Positions 6,389 through 15,196 are shown, counted from the stretch's first letter. The stretch: 32,000 nucleotides of DNA from an uncultured Nitrososphaerota archaeon (GCA_964480775.1 CAYZRF010000015.1:1-32000), one strand, 5' to 3'. The notes: generated by a model not told the origin, from the letters alone. Made by a program: numbers and translations.

Positions 6389-7183
6389 ATGAGGTCTAAG
6401 TCATTCCCCGGAATCAAGGCAGCTAAAGAGGATCTAAAACAGTTCTTTACAGATCCAACCCACTGGGCCTACCAGTACGGGTCTCCCTCGTCCTGTGGCC
6501 CAAATTCACCTTACCATACGGCGGCTCTGGAGGTCTTGTTTGAGGGGAAATATCCCCACTGGGTCACTAACAGAGCCATTAGGGAGCTTAAGGCAGAGGG
6601 CTTCCTTCAGCGGAAGAAGGTAAGGTTGAAATCAGGAAGCACGGTCCATTTTTACCTTAGAAGCGATATTAGGTACTATAAGAGGGAGGTCAGCAAGAGG
6701 GTCAAGCTAATAGAGACATACTCCGATCCTAACCTATCGAGAGCTCAGGGGAATTTTTCCGAGCTTATCTTCACTCTCCTACTAAGAGCTCTGAGGTTCG
6801 ACATACTTGACAAGCACACAGGCAGGTACGGAAGGAAGATTTGGACAAAAACAGGACATGACTTCGATCTTATTGTCTCAAAAGATGACATCATCTACGG
6901 AGTTGAGATAAAGAATACCCTGCCCTACATGGAAAGGGAGGAGTTTGAAATAAAGCTGGAAATGTGCCGATATCTGGGAATAAAACCTATGTTCATCCTC
7001 AGAAATGCACCTAGAGCCCAGTACGAACTTATCAAGAGGGAAGGAGGCTTCATCGTGTCCTTCAAGACTTGGGTGTTTCCTCCGGGCTACGAGCCCCTAG
7101 TGGCCAATATATGGGATCTCATGAGGATTCCAGTTAAATGTGTGGACGGTGATCCCTCCAAAAGTCGAAGAACGCATTATTAA
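6389..7183 (+). CDS. wHTH + PD-(D/E)xK nuclease-fold protein (restriction-endonuclease-like)
   Basis: N-terminal wHTH-like segment (WVTNRAIRELKAEGFLQRKKV). C-terminal E ... D ... E-x-K arrangement (FSELIF ... GHDFDLIV ... YGVEIKN), as in Hjc/restriction-endonuclease-fold enzymes. Confidence 0.55.
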   Translation: MRSKSFPGIKAAKEDLKQFFTDPTHWAYQYGSPSSCGPNSPYHTAALEVLFEGKYPHWVTNRAIRELKAEGFLQRKKVRLKSGSTVHFYLRSDIRYYKREVSKRVKLIETYSDPNLSRAQGNFSELIFTLLLRALRFDILDKHTGRYGRKIWTKTGHDFDLIVSKDDIIYGVEIKNTLPYMEREEFEIKLEMCRYLGIKPMFILRNAPRAQYELIKREGGFIVSFKTWVFPPGYEPLVANIWDLMRIPVKCVDGDPSKSRRTHY

Positions 7184-7410
7184 GAACCACAATAGGATTT
7201 TGAGTTATCTGCCTTGAGTTACCTCTATCGAGATTATTTTGTCTAGCTTTCTATGAACAAGGAAGGGGTTGAAAAAGCATCATTAAAAACTTATTTAGAG
7301 AGTTCGGAAGGGAACTATTATCTGAGAGAAAAGTTAAGGCGACAACCGGTATTGATAAGATATCGAGAGGTAAATACCTAATTTAAACGAAAATTAAGTA
7401 ATGAAGCCCA

Positions 7411-9513
7411 TCATCCTTTTACCTCATAGGTTATCAAGCTGAAGTCCGCCATTCTATCCGATATATCTTGCATTTCCTTGCTCCATGAGGCGATCTGCAT
7501 CTTGATAACGTTTGGTCGTCCTATCATATCCAATTGCACCTTGAGTTCGACGACCTGCCCATAAGCATATTTCAGGGAAGCAACTCGCTCCCACTCACTT
7601 GGAGGAGGGTAGCTTGGCTGGATCGCCTTAGCGAGAAATGCTTCAGATGAACAAATCCTTATGTGGTGATCGAAGAGCCCGTCCATATCAGCGTCCAGAA
7701 ATATGACTACGCCATCGGGCCCGGGCTCGCCAGCATATTCAATCATGAAATACAGGAAGTTCTCGTCGTTCGTCACGTAGACCAATTTTAAGTCATCTTT
7801 CTCGTTGGAGACATCGCCCACGTCGTCTACGGCTAACGGTTCGTATCTACGCACCCAGTCATCGGCGAATCCGTCAATGAATATACCTGCAGGGTTGATT
7901 TCATTACGCATATCGCAAACTTCATGAGCAAGACGTTTTGCGATCAGATAGTCTCCGGATTTGTATGCCTCCTCAGCTTTTGACAGGATATCTTCTGCTT
8001 CTTCGGCAAGCAACTGCGAATAATCACGTATCTGATTTATAACACCCTTGGCGTCCTCTATAGCCTGTAAGGCATCGTCCTTAAAGGTGAGCATGAATTT
8101 GGCAAGATCCTCTTCAGCTTTATCTCTGTAATAACAGTCTCCAAGATAATAGCACTTTATCACATTCAAGGGCCCTTCGCCCTGGTATCCAGGGACTATC
8201 CTATCATAGTATTTCTGGCCGTCTCTCTCAACTTGAACTTCAAAATACGTTATCTCAAAGCCCGGCATCCATAACCAAAACGAATAGCCCTTTACCTTTC
8301 CATAGGTCTCCTCGAATAAGATCTTGAAGAGCTTAATCTTACCCGCCTCCAGCTCTTCTTCCGATAGCTCACCGTGTCCCCAGAAATCAGTGCCCGCCAT
8401 CAGCGTAGACTGACTGCTCTCTGGTACCATTATTTCTGGACCAAAAATGACGCCTTTGGCTTTGTATTTCTCGTTCAAAGATAAAGAAAAATTCAACAGG
8501 TCACGTATGTAGTTGCGCCAATCGTCATACGTTCGAACAGGTTCTCCGTTCATATCGCAAGTACCAAAAATGTCTGTTGACACATAGTCCCATCCCTCGA
8601 AGTCATAGACTTCTTTCGTAAGCCCAGCACGATGTAGCTGTTGGGTCCAGGGATTAAGGTCTATCTTTTGAACAAGCAATCCTGAGTATACTTTCCTAAC
8701 TTCAGGTAGCAACTCGTTTGCCCATCTAAACGCCTCTTCATTGAGTAGCAGTAAGTATAGTTGTCCTGAGGCTACGGAGGTGAATATCTCCACTTCCTCA
8801 TTTTCGCAGATCTCAGCCCACTCCAGAATAATTGGTTTAAGATTTCTAAGGAAATTACTCCTTGCATCATCCGAAAGTCCATTAAATATTTCAGGATTCA
8901 GTTCAAACAAGAGGGACCCTTTTTCTGAGGGCAGAATTTCCTTCAGCGGCGTTCGTACAATGAACCATACCTTAAAACCTCTAGTATGGGCCTCTCTTAT
9001 CAGCTCGATGGTTCTCTCCTTTGAAGGCTCGCAGTAAGCAATTTCCCCCGAGAGATCTGAGAAGACCCAATGCGAAATTATTAAGTAATTTGCACCAGCT
9101 TCCTTCGCTTTCTCGAATAAAAGCTCGTAAGACGTGTCTCTAGGTAGATTAAAAGCAAGACCCCTTATTTCAATATCAACATTCGGAATAATTAGAGGTT
9201 GAATCACTTTAACTGAGAAAGATGCATTACGATAGCCTTTCTTGATCGCTATGACCACATAATCGCCTGGATTGCTGAATTCGAACTTTACTGTGCCGTT
9301 AGCTCCAGTTACTTTGGTTTGGTTGTCAACTTTCACTATAGCGCCTTCTACAGGCTCGTCTTCGTAAGTGACGGTGAAAGTTGCTTCCTCACCGACTTTA
9401 ATTTCCTCCGTCCCTGAGATGGTCAAGGGCTTTGTTCTCAAGATAAGATAGGCTGCGAGTGCTCCGATAGCAAGCAAGGCACAAATGATTACGATTAAGT
9501 ATCTCTTTCTCAA
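7411..9513 (-). CDS. membrane-anchored/secreted multidomain protein: Ig-like domain, TIM-barrel glycosidase-like core, C-terminal carbohydrate-binding-like domain
   Basis: TTG start with an SD-like GAGGGT upstream. N-terminal signal anchor (YLIVIICALLAIGALAAYLIL). A beta-sandwich segment (ATFTVTYEDEPVEGAIVKVDNQTKVTGANGTVKFEF). A central alpha/beta region. A C-terminal beta-rich domain. The enzymatic assignment is tentative. Confidence 0.6.
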   Translation of the reverse strand: MRKRYLIVIICALLAIGALAAYLILRTKPLTISGTEEIKVGEEATFTVTYEDEPVEGAIVKVDNQTKVTGANGTVKFEFSNPGDYVVIAIKKGYRNASFSVKVIQPLIIPNVDIEIRGLAFNLPRDTSYELLFEKAKEAGANYLIISHWVFSDLSGEIAYCEPSKERTIELIREAHTRGFKVWFIVRTPLKEILPSEKGSLLFELNPEIFNGLSDDARSNFLRNLKPIILEWAEICENEEVEIFTSVASGQLYLLLLNEEAFRWANELLPEVRKVYSGLLVQKIDLNPWTQQLHRAGLTKEVYDFEGWDYVSTDIFGTCDMNGEPVRTYDDWRNYIRDLLNFSLSLNEKYKAKGVIFGPEIMVPESSQSTLMAGTDFWGHGELSEEELEAGKIKLFKILFEETYGKVKGYSFWLWMPGFEITYFEVQVERDGQKYYDRIVPGYQGEGPLNVIKCYYLGDCYYRDKAEEDLAKFMLTFKDDALQAIEDAKGVINQIRDYSQLLAEEAEDILSKAEEAYKSGDYLIAKRLAHEVCDMRNEINPAGIFIDGFADDWVRRYEPLAVDDVGDVSNEKDDLKLVYVTNDENFLYFMIEYAGEPGPDGVVIFLDADMDGLFDHHIRICSSEAFLAKAIQPSYPPPSEWERVASLKYAYGQVVELKVQLDMIGRPNVIKMQIASWSKEMQDISDRMADFSLITYEVKG

Positions 9514-9822
9514 ATCAAACCCTCATAATAATAAGTTTAGAAGCCAAAAATAAATGACTTGCACACGATCGATGGTAGAACAAGTATCCCTAATTGTTCT
9601 CTATTTTTCAATGTATTTTTCTGATTTTTAAGAAGTATAAGGCTGTTAAGCCCCGCTACTTCAACTTAATTTATAGAATTAATTTACCAGATTTATGTTT
9701 TTATAATAATTCTAGATGGACGTTTAAATATTGAAATAATGAAGCAGAAGTGTCAATAAGGAGTTCTAAGCTAGAGAATCACGCCATGAGAATAGCTTTT
9801 GGAATTATCTGATCGTCTAAAA

Positions 9823-10203
9823 TCAAATCCACATCGTTTTTATCTCCCTAACCTTTGCGATGTGGTCATCATCTGTAACGCAGGGCATTTTCAGCTTTAT
9901 GGCGGTAGCGGCGATGATGCTGTCAGCCATTGGTATCCTGTACCTTTGCCTTATCCTTGCTGACAGCTTAGCTATTTCCGAGTCAACTTCCACCACCTTA
10001 AAGTCCTTTTCCAATACGTTTGCTCTTAGCTCGGCTATCTCAAGCCCTTCCCTTTCCAAAGTTATCTTGTAAACCTCGTGTATGACGATTGACGAGATGA
10101 ACCTCTCCTTGTCTCTTCTTAACGTCCTTTTTGTCCTCTCAAGCGTGGTTTCATCAGAAGAGTAGAAGTGCTCAAAGAAGAACCTAGTATCATATACGCT
10201 CAT
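9823..10203 (-). CDS. vapC: PIN-domain ribonuclease toxin VapC
   Basis: 126 aa with the acidic PIN residues in the expected order (VYDTRFF, VIHEVY, ADSIIAATA, VTDDDH). Overlaps the upstream antitoxin gene by 14 nt. Confidence 0.85.
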   Translation of the reverse strand: MSVYDTRFFFEHFYSSDETTLERTKRTLRRDKERFISSIVIHEVYKITLEREGLEIAELRANVLEKDFKVVEVDSEIAKLSARIRQRYRIPMADSIIAATAIKLKMPCVTDDDHIAKVREIKTMWI

Positions 10204-10426
10204 AGTCCTCCGACCTCAGCTTGTCAAGGATCTCCTTCATCTCGCTCGGATTTGCGTGCTTCGATCCGGAGCCAGCTAGATCCTCTATAGTCGGGAGGGG
10301 TTTGAGCAGTATGCCGTCTCCGGTGTCAACGATCAAAAGCCTGGTTCCCTCCCTTATGTTGTACTTCTTCCTTAGTTCTACTGGGATAGTTGTCTGACCT
10401 TTTCTAGTTACTCTTACTTCATACAT
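10190..10426 (-). CDS. vapB: AbrB/SpoVT-type antitoxin VapB
   Basis: MYEVRVTRKGQTTIPVELRKKYNIREGTRLLI is a swapped-hairpin AbrB/MazE signature. The ATG at 10426 is preferred over the longer ORF-track start at 10477. Confidence 0.85.
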   Translation of the reverse strand: MYEVRVTRKGQTTIPVELRKKYNIREGTRLLIVDTGDGILLKPLPTIEDLAGSGSKHANPSEMKEILDKLRSEDYERI

Positions 10427-10852
10427 AGGTAGTACCTTGAAAGAAGTAGTATTTAATTCATTTCTTCGACTTTTCAAAAACTCAGAAACGGCACGGGGCG
10501 AGTTTGAAAAGGTCCTATGGGTAAGTTTCTTGCAAACTAAACAGGTTTAAGGAATTTCTTTAGGAAATTCTGGGAATTTAAGGGTGTTTAGTCTTTAAAT
10601 CGTTAAATTCTGCTAAAGCGCTCAAGCTCGTGATTAAGGACTTCAAGTTCATGGAAAGGCGCTTGTGATGGTCCCGTCTTGGCAGCAGTCATCCTTTTCA
10701 TCAGCTCGATTTTAGGAATCCTAGAAGGAGTCACTGCACAGGTTTTCTAAGTATAGACGGCCAATTTAGGATTTAGCCAAAAGTAAATTGTTTTTATGAA
10801 TAGGCCTTAGATTGGCGCTAGTATTTTTAGTTAAGAAGGAAGTTACGCCAAG

Positions 10853-11971
10853 ATGCAAGGAAAAGATCTGGTTTCCTTTTGTAGGACATTGATAAGGACC
10901 AAAAGCCCTTCTGGAGGGGAAGAAGAAGTTGCAAAGATCATAGTGGAAGAGATGAAAGAGTTAGGTTTTGACAGAGTCGAGGTCGACGGTGTTGGGAATG
11001 TTATAGGCGTTATCAAAGGATATTCTGACTCTACAATAGTTTTCGACGGTCATATGGACACCGTAGGGCCAGGTAATCTAGATTCGTGGCAAGTGGATCC
11101 TTTTTCTGCTGAGATAATTGATGATTGGATCGTGGGTAGAGGAGCCGTTGACATGAAAGGGTCCATTGCTGCAATGATCTATTCAGCATCCAAGCTCAAA
11201 GAGGTGAGAAATAACCTGTATTGCGTTTTTGTGGTGCATGAGGAGGATCAAGAAGGCTTTGGCATAAAGCACTTCCTTGAAGAGAGGAAGATAAAGCCGG
11301 ATCTAGTGGTTTTAGGGGAGGCTACTGGACTCAATGTTGCGGTTGGCCATAGAGGGAGAGCTGAGCTACTTCTCAGGGTATATGGCCAGGTTGCCCATTC
11401 CAGTATGCCAGATCTTGGGGAAAATGCTCTTTTAGAGGGTTCCAGAGTCCTATTAAAGGTGGAAGAAGCACAAAAAGGACTTCCAAGCCATCCCGTTCTT
11501 GGGAGGGCAAGTATAGCGCCAGTTTCCATGAGGTGCCGCCCCGGGGAGATTCCTATAATCCCTGATTGTTGTGAAATCCTTTTAGATAGGAGAACCATTC
11601 CAGGCGAGTCCAAAGAGGAGATCGTTAGCTGGTTGATGAGGTTCGTCCGAAAAGGAGAGGTGGAGATTAGGAGAAAGCTCATCAGGTGTTACACTGAATA
11701 TGAGGAAGAGGTTGAGGGTTATTTCCCAGCTTGGTACATGGATGGACCCCTAGCCAGAAAAGTGGCAAAGCTATTGGGAGCTGAGGTTTCTGTCTGGAGA
11801 TTCAGTACGGATGGTGCCTATACGGCAGGAGAGGCTAGAATTCCAACCATAGGCTATGGACCTGGGAACCAAGAACTGGCACATTGTCCAAATGAGAGAA
11901 TTAGCATAAAAAGCCTATTAAAAAGCATTAACGGATATGCAAAAATAGCTACGATGGATATAGAGTTGTAA
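10853..11971 (+). CDS. M20 family metallohydrolase (ArgE/DapE/LysK-like deacylase)
   Basis: FDGHMDTVGPG ... GRGAVDMKG ... HEEDQEG: metal-ligand motifs typical of peptidase family M20. Confidence 0.85.
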   Translation: MQGKDLVSFCRTLIRTKSPSGGEEEVAKIIVEEMKELGFDRVEVDGVGNVIGVIKGYSDSTIVFDGHMDTVGPGNLDSWQVDPFSAEIIDDWIVGRGAVDMKGSIAAMIYSASKLKEVRNNLYCVFVVHEEDQEGFGIKHFLEERKIKPDLVVLGEATGLNVAVGHRGRAELLLRVYGQVAHSSMPDLGENALLEGSRVLLKVEEAQKGLPSHPVLGRASIAPVSMRCRPGEIPIIPDCCEILLDRRTIPGESKEEIVSWLMRFVRKGEVEIRRKLIRCYTEYEEEVEGYFPAWYMDGPLARKVAKLLGAEVSVWRFSTDGAYTAGEARIPTIGYGPGNQELAHCPNERISIKSLLKSINGYAKIATMDIEL

Positions 11972-12035
11972 TCTCAGGAAAATTAACTTGTTATTTACAA
12001 TAAAATTTAATTATGACATAGCTAGAAACTTACAT

Positions 12036-12188
12036 GATCCACGCGGGAGGAAGGGCGTTAAGCCTTAGATGTATTCAGATTAAATCGTGGATCACTTCAA
12101 TATAGTTGAACCCTTGGGGCCCCAAGGGTTAGAGAAGTATCGGATCGCCAATTCTATCAAATTAATTGCCCCTCAAACCGCGTGGATC
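12036..12188. repeat. nested inverted-repeat element in a convergent intergenic region
   Basis: Perfect 11-nt inverted repeat, GATCCACGCGG (12036-12046) and CCGCGTGGATC (12178-12188). It encloses a perfect 22-nt palindrome, AACCCTTGGGGCCCCAAGGGTT (12109-12130), and a third CGTGGATC copy (12086-12093). Confidence 0.6.
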
Positions 12189-12196
12189 CTTTCTAT

Positions 12197-13384
12197 TTAT
12201 GAGTCTGTTCTTATGAATACCAAGGAGTTGTTTATAGTCTCAAAATCATTTGATATAAGGACAGCTGCCTTTTCATCTTTGATATAAAGAAACACGTATC
12301 TGTCATTACAGCGCCAGAGTTCAGGGGTTATTCTCTCTCCTCTTTTCTCTAAGACCTTTAGAAATGCTTCCTCGAACTGAAGAGCATCAAGTTTGGTATC
12401 CCAGAGGATGATCCACTCGAGTAAAAAGCCATCATCCTTGATGTAAAGGGTTAGATTATCCCCGTTCCACCCCTCGGCCGCTTCTTCAGCCTCATTCTCT
12501 GGAAGAGATGTTGAGAGTACTGTGAGGATGACGTGTTCGCCCAGCCTATCCGACTTAACTCTTTTCCAGCCTCCTTCTTCCAAGGAGGGCGCACTTGGAA
12601 CCACAAATCCCTCGCAAGTAAAGTATTTTTCAGGATGTAGGATCTGTTCTGTTGTGTTAGGTGGATTTTCAAGGGCAAAGTTCACCTTTTCCCAGCCGCC
12701 AACTTCTAATAGATTTTTGACGAAGGATTTTCCGTATTTGTAGGGGAAAAGCCAAATCTCCTCTATTGGAGAGTAGGATATGTTGGAAGAGTCTTGAAGT
12801 TTGATTCCAAAATGATAAAGAATGAAATTCTCGGCCGTTATCAGCGCATCACCTTCTATTAAAGCAGATCTGGCCTGTCTCCCGTCATGAGTGGCTCTTT
12901 CAGGGATGCTAAAGTGGTGACGCTGTATTATGTGCGTGGTTTCGTGAGATAATATCTCTAGGGCCTTGACCTTGTCGTAAGGGTCGAAGAACTCCCTAGT
13001 TATGAAGATCTTATCTCCTACCGCGGCAGCCATGGTCGCCTTAAATTGATCTATTTTTATCTGTGTGAGATTAGCATTTGGAGAGAGCAGAAATAGTGCT
13101 TTATAGATTGTTTCTTCGTAGAAAATCTCCTCTCTCTGAGATTTTGCGAAGGGCAGGGCCCAGTTCTTCTCTATCCACGATCTAGTGACAATCTCTATTT
13201 CTACATCTGTTTGAGGGCTTAGACCCCTAACGCTTTCTATTTCCTCTAGAACGATTCCTAACTCTTTCTGCGCTAACTTACAGTAATTCCCATCAAGAGA
13301 ATTTGTCAGAAAGTACGCAACTAAGAATGCGCCCACAGCTAAAGTGGCTAGGAAAAACAGGAGTATTCGAATCTTCTTTCCCAT
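12197..13384 (-). CDS. membrane-anchored zinc metallopeptidase (clan MA, Peptidase_MA_2-like)
   Basis: N-terminal TM helix (ILLFFLATLAVGAFLVAYFL). HExxH (SHETTHIIQ) followed by ALIEGDA, a gluzincin-type third ligand. SD-like GAGGT sits 7 nt upstream of the ATG. Confidence 0.7.
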   Translation of the reverse strand: MGKKIRILLFFLATLAVGAFLVAYFLTNSLDGNYCKLAQKELGIVLEEIESVRGLSPQTDVEIEIVTRSWIEKNWALPFAKSQREEIFYEETIYKALFLLSPNANLTQIKIDQFKATMAAAVGDKIFITREFFDPYDKVKALEILSHETTHIIQRHHFSIPERATHDGRQARSALIEGDALITAENFILYHFGIKLQDSSNISYSPIEEIWLFPYKYGKSFVKNLLEVGGWEKVNFALENPPNTTEQILHPEKYFTCEGFVVPSAPSLEEGGWKRVKSDRLGEHVILTVLSTSLPENEAEEAAEGWNGDNLTLYIKDDGFLLEWIILWDTKLDALQFEEAFLKVLEKRGERITPELWRCNDRYVFLYIKDEKAAVLISNDFETINNSLVFIRTDS

Positions 13385-13404
13385 GGAAAGGACCTCACAG
13401 GGCT

Positions 13405-14568
13405 TTATGCCTTGATCTCTATTACATCGCCGTCCTCAAGGATGAAGTCCTTTCCTACTCTCATAGGTGAGTACGGAAGTCTTTCGCTCCATATCTTCGC
13501 ATACTTGAACGTTTTAACGAAAGATTTGTGTATTCTTGCAGCTGCATCGAGGACGGTAGAACCCTTTTCCAATATCAGCGCCTTTTCATCCGGTTCCTTT
13601 CTTCCAAATGGCTTGGTAAATACCCTAATTATTCCAAGCAATTCAAGAAGTTCTGAGCCTAACTCCTCAGTTTCAGGAGGGTTGGATGGGGAGAAGGGAT
13701 AGACTTTGAGCTCAGGAAAAGCTTCTTTGACCCTAATAAATCCCTCTTGCCCTTCTTTCACATCAGTTCTGGTTACGAATATGAGGGTGGGCTTTCGTAT
13801 CTTTTCTCCAAAAATGGCTTCCTCCACATCCTCCATAGACACAGTTCCCTCTATATCAACCATCGCCTGTTTTATGCCATAAGACTCCAGTAGCATCCTA
13901 ATGTCTGCTTCAGTCCCGTCCACAACGCGCCCTTTCATTGATATTATTATAGATGAAATTCCTCGGCTCTTTCTGATCGTAACTCTTCCGGATTTCCCTC
14001 CTATGGTTATCCCGTTGGTTTCCAGGAGAGAAAGGATGTTTGAAACATACTCCACTGGGTTATCTGTTCCGTCGACTATAATGGCGAGAGCATCGGCGTT
14101 TCTAGCAAGGGCAAGGGCTATCTTCGTTGGCTTAGCAGAGGGATCTTCAGGGAGAAGAGGAGGAGCTTCTATGAACTGTATAAATGTCCCTCTTATTCTC
14201 ATGGCTCCTTCGAAGGGATCAGATGTTGTAAATGGGTTTGGAGATATCTTTACCCTTGCATTTGTAAGCGACTTAAGGATGGTGCTCCTTCCGGAGTTCG
14301 TGTACCCCAATAATACAACCTGTGCAGCCCCTTTCTTTTTGATAAAAGGTCCGACCCTCTTACCCCTTTTTTCTGGTTTTCTCCTCTCGATTTCCTTTTT
14401 AAGTTCAGCTATCCTTCTTTTTACAAATTTTTCAAGCTTCTCTGTTCCCTTATGTTTTGGAATCAACGAATAGAATTCTCTTAACTTCTCAATCTTCTCT
14501 TCTGGAGTTTTAGCTTGGCTGTATTCCTCAAATTTTACTCTTGCTTGGGGAGGGAGGTTAGTAGGCAC
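13405..14568 (-). CDS. DRG/Rbg-family GTPase-like protein with C-terminal TGS domain; G motifs degenerate
   Basis: Collinear with archaeal DRG (COG1163): coiled N-terminus, G domain and a TGS-like C-terminus (GSTVLDAAARIHKSF ... GDVIEIKA). However, G1 reads GYTNSGRST, G3 reads EAPP and G4 reads TRTD. GTG start lies 1 nt after the mbf1 stop, with GGAGGG upstream. Confidence 0.8.
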   Translation of the reverse strand: MPTNLPPQARVKFEEYSQAKTPEEKIEKLREFYSLIPKHKGTEKLEKFVKRRIAELKKEIERRKPEKRGKRVGPFIKKKGAAQVVLLGYTNSGRSTILKSLTNARVKISPNPFTTSDPFEGAMRIRGTFIQFIEAPPLLPEDPSAKPTKIALALARNADALAIIVDGTDNPVEYVSNILSLLETNGITIGGKSGRVTIRKSRGISSIIISMKGRVVDGTEADIRMLLESYGIKQAMVDIEGTVSMEDVEEAIFGEKIRKPTLIFVTRTDVKEGQEGFIRVKEAFPELKVYPFSPSNPPETEELGSELLELLGIIRVFTKPFGRKEPDEKALILEKGSTVLDAAARIHKSFVKTFKYAKIWSERLPYSPMRVGKDFILEDGDVIEIKA

Positions 14569-14569
14569 C

Positions 14570-15172
14570 TTATTCCCTCCTCTTCTTTTCCTTCAGGTTT
14601 GCAAGCTCACCTAGGGTAATTGAGGGAGGAGGACCTACTTTTTCAACTCCAGTCGAAATAGCCTCATAGGATTCCCTGGTTATTATCCTTATGTCCAGAA
14701 CTCTTTCAAGGGACCTAGCCACATCATAGTTCGGAACGATCTTCCCTGCTTCTATTTTCGAAAGAGTTGAGGTTTTTATGTTGATTGCTTTCGCAATATG
14801 CTCAATCTTGAGTCCAAGTTCCTCTCTTGCCTTCTTAATTCTCTTGCCAAAATCTTCGACTATCTCATACTCTTTGGGTTGTCTCTCGATCATTCTAGGC
14901 TTAGGCTTTGCTGTTTTTCTGACTTTTTCAATCTTTGGGGTTTGCTTTGTTGTTGGTACTTGAGACTTGGCTTTTTCCAAAAGTTTCAACTGTTCACCCC
15001 TTATCCTACGAGCACAGCTGGGACAGGTGGTGGCATGATGACCAGCTATCTCCACTATTATAGGAACTCCAAACAGCGTCTTTCCGCATACTTCGCAGAC
15101 ATAGACTTGTTTTTTGACCAATGCTGACCTGTGTTTTCTTTCATCAGGAGTTTTTGTACTTTTCGCTTGCAT
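14570..15172 (-). CDS. mbf1: archaeal multiprotein bridging factor 1 (zinc ribbon + Xre-type HTH)
   Basis: CEVCG ... CPSC zinc ribbon, a Lys-rich linker, and an HTH (LGLKIEHIAKAINIKTSTLSKIEAGK). An alternative TTG start at 15121 would give MVKKQVYVCEVCG. Confidence 0.85.
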   Translation of the reverse strand: MQAKSTKTPDERKHRSALVKKQVYVCEVCGKTLFGVPIIVEIAGHHATTCPSCARRIRGEQLKLLEKAKSQVPTTKQTPKIEKVRKTAKPKPRMIERQPKEYEIVEDFGKRIKKAREELGLKIEHIAKAINIKTSTLSKIEAGKIVPNYDVARSLERVLDIRIITRESYEAISTGVEKVGPPPSITLGELANLKEKKRRE

Positions 15173-15187
15173 CGATCGTGGTCGGAC

Positions 15188-15196
15188 TTTTTATTA
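15188..15196 (+). promoter_or_regulatory. TATA-box-like element upstream of the HIT gene
   Basis: TTTTTATTA lies about 30-38 nt upstream of the ATG at 15226. Confidence 0.35.

Noticed and set aside
7265-7309. Small ORF starting MNKEGVEKASLK in the spacer after the nuclease-like gene.
   Set aside because: On careful re-reading, the frame hits TAG after 14 codons. An apparently longer ORF was a mis-count of an A-run.
10551-10580. GGAATTTC-TTTAG-GAAATTC palindrome with a third GGGAATTT copy.
   Set aside because: It is short and AT-rich, lies more than 120 nt from the nearest start codon (vapB), and cannot be tied to any gene. Such symmetry is common in AT-rich spacers.
10598-10735. About 43-codon minus-strand open frame (VTPSRIPKIELMKRMTAAKTGPSQAPFHELEVLNHELERFSRI), and a UGAUGA-12nt-CUGC motif on the same strand, in the 426-nt gap upstream of vapB.
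   Set aside because: The ORF has no recognisable fold or motif and no clear start or promoter. The C/D-like motif lacks a proper D box and has no second box pair. It may be another gene remnant, but this cannot be supported.
12178-12188. CCGCGTGG in the right inverted repeat resembles the T-arm start of tRNA-Ser/tRNA-Leu (CCGCGTGGGTTCGAATCC), which could indicate an att site.
   Set aside because: Identity stops after 8-9 nt, far shorter than the tRNA-derived att duplications of archaeal integrative elements. No integrase is nearby.
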